Source of the DNA: an uncultured Acidobacteriota bacterium
GTDB lineage: Bacteria > Acidobacteriota > JAQAZP01
DNA length: 64,000 nucleotides
Direction: 5' to 3'
Assembly: GCA_963836075.1 (NCBI GenBank)
Contig: CAWIIB010000001.1
Span: 352,001-416,000, forward strand
Made by a program: the position numbers and the translations under genes
Notes under the pieces: model-generated
Databases searched by the model: none
What the model was told of the DNA's origin: nothing
Seen by the model: only the letters and a program-made list of their open reading frames with translations
Shown: one piece after another, positions 59,524 to 64,000 of the stretch
How positions within the stretch are numbered: the stretch's first letter is position 1
How the letters are laid out: each line of letters opens with the position of its first letter

Positions 59524-60309
59524 TTGAAACAGGCAGCATTCTCCCGGTCCAGACGATCCGTCCAGCTTCTCACGATGCTCGTCCTCGTCCTGCTGCTCCT
59601 GCATCCCGGATGCGGTGAACCGGAGCCCGGCGGGCCGGGCCGCACCGCCGGCAGCCGGGCCGGCCTGGACGATGCCGGTGAGCTGCCGCCCCCCCGGATC
59701 GAGTTCGATTCCCTGGAGCACGATTTCGGTGACATCGAAGATGATCAGCCGGTGAGCCACCGCTTCACCTTCCACAACCGCGGCAACTCCCTGCTCTTCA
59801 TCCGCAACATCCAGCCCTCCTGAGGCTGCACGGCGGCCGTGGTCACGGCCCGCAGCCTCTCCCCCGGCGAGCAGGGTTCGCTGGAGATCACTTTCGACGG
59901 CAAAAAGAGGAGCGGCCGGCAGGAGAAGACCGTGCGGGTGAGCAGCAATGACCCGGGACAGGAAACCGTGGTGCTCACCATCAGGGCCTACATCCACCGG
60001 GCGCTGATCCTCAAGCCGGAAATTGCCCGGGTGGGGCCCCTGGGGCCCGATGAAGAACGGGTGGTCCGGCTGGAACTGCTGATCGAGGATCCGGCAAACG
60101 TAACGGTCAGCCGGATCAGTTCCAGCGCACCCTGGGTCGGCGGCCGCATCGTGGACGACCCGCAGAACGAGGGGGGCATGATCCTCGAGGTGAAAGTCGC
60201 TGCCGGGCGGCCGCCGGGGAAGTTTCAGGAGACCCTCACCCTGCACACCACCAGCCCGGAGATGCCGAAAATCGATATCCCGGTCACCGGCATGGTGCTG
60301 GACAAGTGA
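59524..60309 (+). CDS. DUF1573-domain lipoprotein, predicted selenoprotein (Sec at TGA 59821-59823)
   Basis: ORFs 59329-59823 and 59839-60309 are in the same frame; readthrough gives HDFG..FTFHNRGNSLLFIRNIQPS-U-GCTAA..LSPGEQGSLEITFD..KTVRVSSNDP; lipobox HPG-C; start uncertain (TTG 59518/59524 or ATG 59575). Confidence 0.88.
59822..59859 (+). promoter_or_regulatory. Bacterial SECIS element
   Basis: Upper stem GGCCGT/ACGGCC starts 11 nt after UGA with a GGUC apical loop; lower stem GAGGCTGC/GCAGCCTC. Confidence 0.8.
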
Positions 60310-60319
60310 TCTTCCCCGA

Positions 60320-60895
60320 TCAGTCGAAGTCAGTTTTGACGTACAGCGGGTAGAAGGGATACCGGGCGGCCAGCTTCTCACCGCCGCCGGCCTGGCGGTC
60401 GACGATGCAGATCACCCCCAGCACCTGGAGCCCGGCGCCCTCGATCTTCTCCAGGGCCCTGAAAATGGCCCCGCCGGTGGTGACCACGTCTTCCACGATG
60501 ACCACGCCGGCTCCCTCCGGGGGAGCGTTCTCGATGTCCAGGTTTGTGCCGTGTTTCTTCGGCTCCTTGCGGACGATGAAGGCCTGCACCGGGTCTCGCG
60601 GCAGTTGTTCGCTGCGCATGGCCGCGGTGGCCGCGATGGGATCGGCGCCCAGGGTGGGTCCGCCGATGGCCGCCACCGGCGTACCGGCGGACTCGATCTC
60701 CCCGAGGATATCCATGATGGCGTCGGCAATGAGCAGGCTGCCCCGCGGGTGGAGGGTGATGTTGCGGCAGTCAAAATAGTAGTCCGAGACCTGCCCCGAA
60801 CTGAGCACGAAACGGCCCTTGAGAAAGCAGCGTTCGGAGATGATCTGACGCAGTTCCCGCCACCCCTCTGTTTCGCGATACCGAGCTTCACTCAT
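60320..60895 (-). CDS. pyrE: Orotate phosphoribosyltransferase
   Basis: GRFVLSSGQVSDYYFD, GGPTLGADP, VRKEPKKHG, VEDVVTTG, VDRQ. Confidence 0.96.
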   Translation of the reverse strand: MSEARYRETEGWRELRQIISERCFLKGRFVLSSGQVSDYYFDCRNITLHPRGSLLIADAIMDILGEIESAGTPVAAIGGPTLGADPIAATAAMRSEQLPRDPVQAFIVRKEPKKHGTNLDIENAPPEGAGVVIVEDVVTTGGAIFRALEKIEGAGLQVLGVICIVDRQAGGGEKLAARYPFYPLYVKTDFD

Positions 60896-60946
60896 CCGAC
60901 GGACCTCCTTCCGCGCGGCGGGCCCTTCCGGGTAACCAGCCGCGAC

Positions 60947-61438
60947 TCAGCTGCAGGACAGATTGAAAAAAAAGAAGACGATGATAATCAGGACGATAAG
61001 CAGCTTGATGAATACCCCGCCAAGGAAGCCCACCAGGGTGCCCACTCCGGCCACCGTTGCCGGACCGGCTTCCCGCCCGCCGATCATCTCACCGGCCAGG
61101 GCCCCGATGAGCGGGCCGAAGATGATCCCCAGCGGACCGAAGAAGAACCCGGCCAGCAGGCCGGCCACCGCCCCCCAGATGCCCCATCTGGTGGCGCCGA
61201 ACTTCTTGGCCCCGTACACCCCGGCCAGGTTGTCCAGCAGCGAGCCGGCCACGGCCAGCACGCCCAGCAGCGCCACCGCCCAGGGGGAAAAGTGCTGGAA
61301 GCCGTCCACCGCGGCGTAGATCAACAGTCCGCAAAAGGCGATGATCAGCCCGGGGATCACCGGCAGAAAGACTCCGGCCAGTCCCACCAGGAACAGCAGG
61401 ATGGTAACCGCCAGCGTCGCCACTTCTACCCAGCCCAT
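60947..61438 (-). CDS. DUF456 (YqgC-like) membrane protein
   Basis: GLAGVFLPVIPG, GAKKFGATRWG, GIIFGPLIGALAGE. Confidence 0.88.
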   Translation of the reverse strand: MGWVEVATLAVTILLFLVGLAGVFLPVIPGLIIAFCGLLIYAAVDGFQHFSPWAVALLGVLAVAGSLLDNLAGVYGAKKFGATRWGIWGAVAGLLAGFFFGPLGIIFGPLIGALAGEMIGGREAGPATVAGVGTLVGFLGGVFIKLLIVLIIIVFFFFNLSCS

Positions 61439-61482
61439 GACCTGTCTCCCTCCGCAAAAAATTCGCCGGCATCATATCATGA

Positions 61483-63570
61483 TCAACGCCCGCCGTCCCC
61501 CACCGACGGCAGGGGCCGCCGCAGGAACTCCCTGATGGCCTCGATCTCGGGGTTCGGCGGCTCCCCTGATTCGCCCCACCCGGCAAGGTAGGCCGTGAAG
61601 TCGTCCCGGGCGCCAGACGGGTCGCCCAGCAGCTGCAGCCGCAGCAGGCCCCGGTTGCGGTGGATGCCGTAATTTTCCGGGTCGTGGCGCAGGGCCCGGT
61701 TGAAAGCGCTAAGCGCCTCGTTGACCCGTCCCCCGGAGGCCAGGATCACCCCCAGGCGGTTGGCCGCGTCGGAGAATTTGTGGGCCGCCGCCAGCTGGTA
61801 GGGATGCGGCGTCAGGGACCGCTGACCCGCAGCCCGGTAAAAGAAAGGGTATTCCGCAGCGTAAGGCTTTTGCACGGCGGGCCGGCCGGCGGTGGCCACC
61901 CGGTAGGAGAGGCCCCGGTATTCCAGGGGGTATATCCCGGCCCAGCTTTCCTTCATGGTGGTGTCGTCCCGCATGTGCAGGTAGACCGGCCGCCGGGGCA
62001 GGTTGGCCTCGATGATCAGCCGCTTGACCTCGATCAGCACCTGTTCCTTCTGCAGGCCGTGATCGAGGCCCCGCACACGGCCGCCCTCCCTCTGCCAGTC
62101 CCGCCGGGCCGCCTCCAGGGCCGCCCGGGGCACCACCACTCCCGGCGAAACCCGCGGGAGCTGTTCCAGATACCAGGGAAAGGGAAAGAGGTAGTCGAGC
62201 ACCACGTCATACTGCTGGTATTCGTCCCGCACCAGCGACCCGTAGAGATAGGCCGAATAGACGTTGAAATCGCCGACGATGACCAGCGCCCCCGGCTCGG
62301 CGGAGCGAAGCACCGCCGCGGTGTACTGCTCCAGGGAGCGGTCGGTGCGGCGGTCCGCACTGTTGAAGGAAGCCGTCCCCTGGATGATCAGCAGCAGCGC
62401 CAGTAGTGTGCCGGCCACAGCGGCCGCCACCCGCGATATCCGGCCGCCCCGCCCCGAGGCCAGCCGCCGCACACCGCGGAGCAGCCAGCCGCTGCCCAAT
62501 CCGATCCAGAGTGCCAGGATGACGTAGACCGGCAGGAAGTAGGCCTCCTTGTCCTCGATGCGGTAGTTCACCGCATGGACGGTCACCAGCACCACGTAGA
62601 GGGTACTGGCGGCGGCCCAGACCCGCTGCCGCGCACTGCCCCAGCTCCAGACCAACCCGGGCACGGCCAGGGCCAGCAGCCAGGGGGAGAACTGCCCCGG
62701 CAACCGGCCCAGCAGCAGACGCAGCTCACCCGCCGCATACCCCGAACCGGATGAAAACATCAGGTAGCGGAACTGCGAGCCGGAGACCAGCCAGCGGAAC
62801 CCTTCCCAAGTCTCGGGGTTGCCGTAATCGGGCCACGGGTCGGCCAGCGAACGCAGCGGCAGGTAGAGATAGGGCAACAGGCCCAGGGCCAGGCATCCCG
62901 CGGCTTTGAGCCAGGCCGATGCTCCCGGGCTGCCCTGGCTGCGGAGTCCGGCCAGCAGCAGCAGGGCCGCCGGCGGGATGAGCAGCACCGATGTCATGTG
63001 GTTGCAGAGGGCCAGTCCAATGAGCAGGGCCAGCAGGCAGAGCGTCCGGGTCCCCGGCTGCTGTTGGAAGCGCACCGCGGTTAGCAGGACAAGGGTGAGC
63101 AGCAGTACGTGGAGGGTGTAGACCTCGGCGATGGAACTCTGCAGCCACATCTCGCCGGCCAGCCCCAGGGCCAGCGCGCCGATGAGGGCCGCCGGGCGGC
63201 CGGAACCGAGACGGCGCTGCAGGAAATAGAGGGCCAGGCAGGCAGCCGCCCCGAACAGCGCGGAGAGCAGGTTGGCGGCCAGGGCAGGCTCCCAGCCGGG
63301 CAACGGCAGGCCGGCGAAGAGAGATGCCGCCATGGACCAGAGCGGGTAGCCGGTGGGATGCGCCACCCCGGCCGACCGGGCCACCAGGGCCAGCTCGGTG
63401 GAGTCCCCCCAGTAGGGCCAGCGGCAGAACGTGACGGCATAGAGCGCCAGCGGCAGCAGCAGGGCGCCGGCCGGCCAGAACAGCACGGCGCCGTACCACG
63501 ACTGCCGCTGTGTGGCATCCGCCGGCTTCACATCGTTCAGCGGTTCCTTTTTTCTCTTCCTGGCAGGCAT
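61483..63570 (-). CDS. DUF2723/TMEM260-like GT-C glycosyltransferase with C-terminal TPR
   Basis: WGDSTEL, GVAHPTGYPLW, AEVYTL, NH, YLYLPLRS, GNPETW; many TM segments; terminal TPR. Confidence 0.88.
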   Translation of the reverse strand: MPARKRKKEPLNDVKPADATQRQSWYGAVLFWPAGALLLPLALYAVTFCRWPYWGDSTELALVARSAGVAHPTGYPLWSMAASLFAGLPLPGWEPALAANLLSALFGAAACLALYFLQRRLGSGRPAALIGALALGLAGEMWLQSSIAEVYTLHVLLLTLVLLTAVRFQQQPGTRTLCLLALLIGLALCNHMTSVLLIPPAALLLLAGLRSQGSPGASAWLKAAGCLALGLLPYLYLPLRSLADPWPDYGNPETWEGFRWLVSGSQFRYLMFSSGSGYAAGELRLLLGRLPGQFSPWLLALAVPGLVWSWGSARQRVWAAASTLYVVLVTVHAVNYRIEDKEAYFLPVYVILALWIGLGSGWLLRGVRRLASGRGGRISRVAAAVAGTLLALLLIIQGTASFNSADRRTDRSLEQYTAAVLRSAEPGALVIVGDFNVYSAYLYGSLVRDEYQQYDVVLDYLFPFPWYLEQLPRVSPGVVVPRAALEAARRDWQREGGRVRGLDHGLQKEQVLIEVKRLIIEANLPRRPVYLHMRDDTTMKESWAGIYPLEYRGLSYRVATAGRPAVQKPYAAEYPFFYRAAGQRSLTPHPYQLAAAHKFSDAANRLGVILASGGRVNEALSAFNRALRHDPENYGIHRNRGLLRLQLLGDPSGARDDFTAYLAGWGESGEPPNPEIEAIREFLRRPLPSVGDGGR

Positions 63571-63697
63571 GGGCCAAAATACCCGGTTTATCGGGTGAAA
63601 TCAACAAACCGGCCCTCGCGGGCCATTGAGCCGCAAGCGGACCCCCGTTATACTCTCCGCAGGGTGGTTTCCCGCCGTCTGATTCCGCGAGGCATTG

Positions 63698-64000
63698 ATG
63701 ATCAGCACGATCAGGAAAACAGAACGGGACGGCGCAGGTTGGCTCAGTCTGCTGTTCTCTTTGCTGGTCACAGGCTCCCTGCTCTGCGCCGGCTGCTCTG
63801 CTCCCGCCCCGGTGCCCCCGGCGGATGATGTGGACCAGGCGATAACCGCGGACAGCACGGCCGGGCAGCCGGTGAGTGAGGTGGCGGCCGCCACCACCCC
63901 CCGCCTGACCCTGCCCGACGATTTTCCCGCCGAGGTGCCGCTGCTGCCCCGCCGCCGGATCCACTGCTTCAACCGCCGGGACAACGGTTCCCTCTCCCTG
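63698..64000 (+). CDS. Hypothetical lipoprotein, 3' truncated by window edge
   Basis: Open frame MISTIRK...LLCAG-C, Pro/Ala linker, LPDDFPAEVP; not present in the ORF track. Confidence 0.65.
   Translation, partial: MISTIRKTERDGAGWLSLLFSLLVTGSLLCAGCSAPAPVPPADDVDQAITADSTAGQPVSEVAAATTPRLTLPDDFPAEVPLLPRRRIHCFNRRDNGSLSL

Noticed and set aside
59379-60309. tRNA-Leu as an integration site
   Set aside because: No integrase, duplicated tRNA 3' end or compositional shift was seen.

Overview
GC-rich bacterial chromosomal window, dense with genes and mostly housekeeping. An Acidobacteriota-like origin is inferred from the VWA-domain protein and the gene order. In order it holds: priA-udg-coaBC-rpoZ-gmk-yicC; a degenerate acyl-CoA dehydrogenase plus a methyltransferase; a GT4/WcaJ/UDP-glucuronate decarboxylase glycan locus; mlaEFD; ileS-lspA-lgt-RluA; tolQRAB-pal-cpoB; rpsT; holA-lptE-transglutaminase-nusB-ribH-pfkB-mtnP; DUF362 plus a GTDC1/QTMAN-like glycosyltransferase; icmF-thiI; fabH; rsmD; recG; ndk; trxA; an uncharacterised Cys-rich envelope operon (two TlpA proteins, an outer-membrane barrel, a MacB/LolCDE-type ABC transporter and a NosL-fusion membrane protein); rlmI; carD; tRNA-Leu(CAA); pyrE; and a DUF2723/TMEM260-like GT-C protein. 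The strongest hidden signal is a DUF1573 lipoprotein that the ORF track splits at an in-frame TGA (59821-59823). The TGA sits at the first Cys position of the CGC motif and is followed by a canonical bacterial SECIS hairpin, so the gene very probably encodes a selenoprotein. Several mostly +1 frameshifts in two glycosyltransferases and in icmF look like read or assembly indels. No CRISPR array, rRNA or mobile element was seen. All family calls come from motif recognition; no database search was run.
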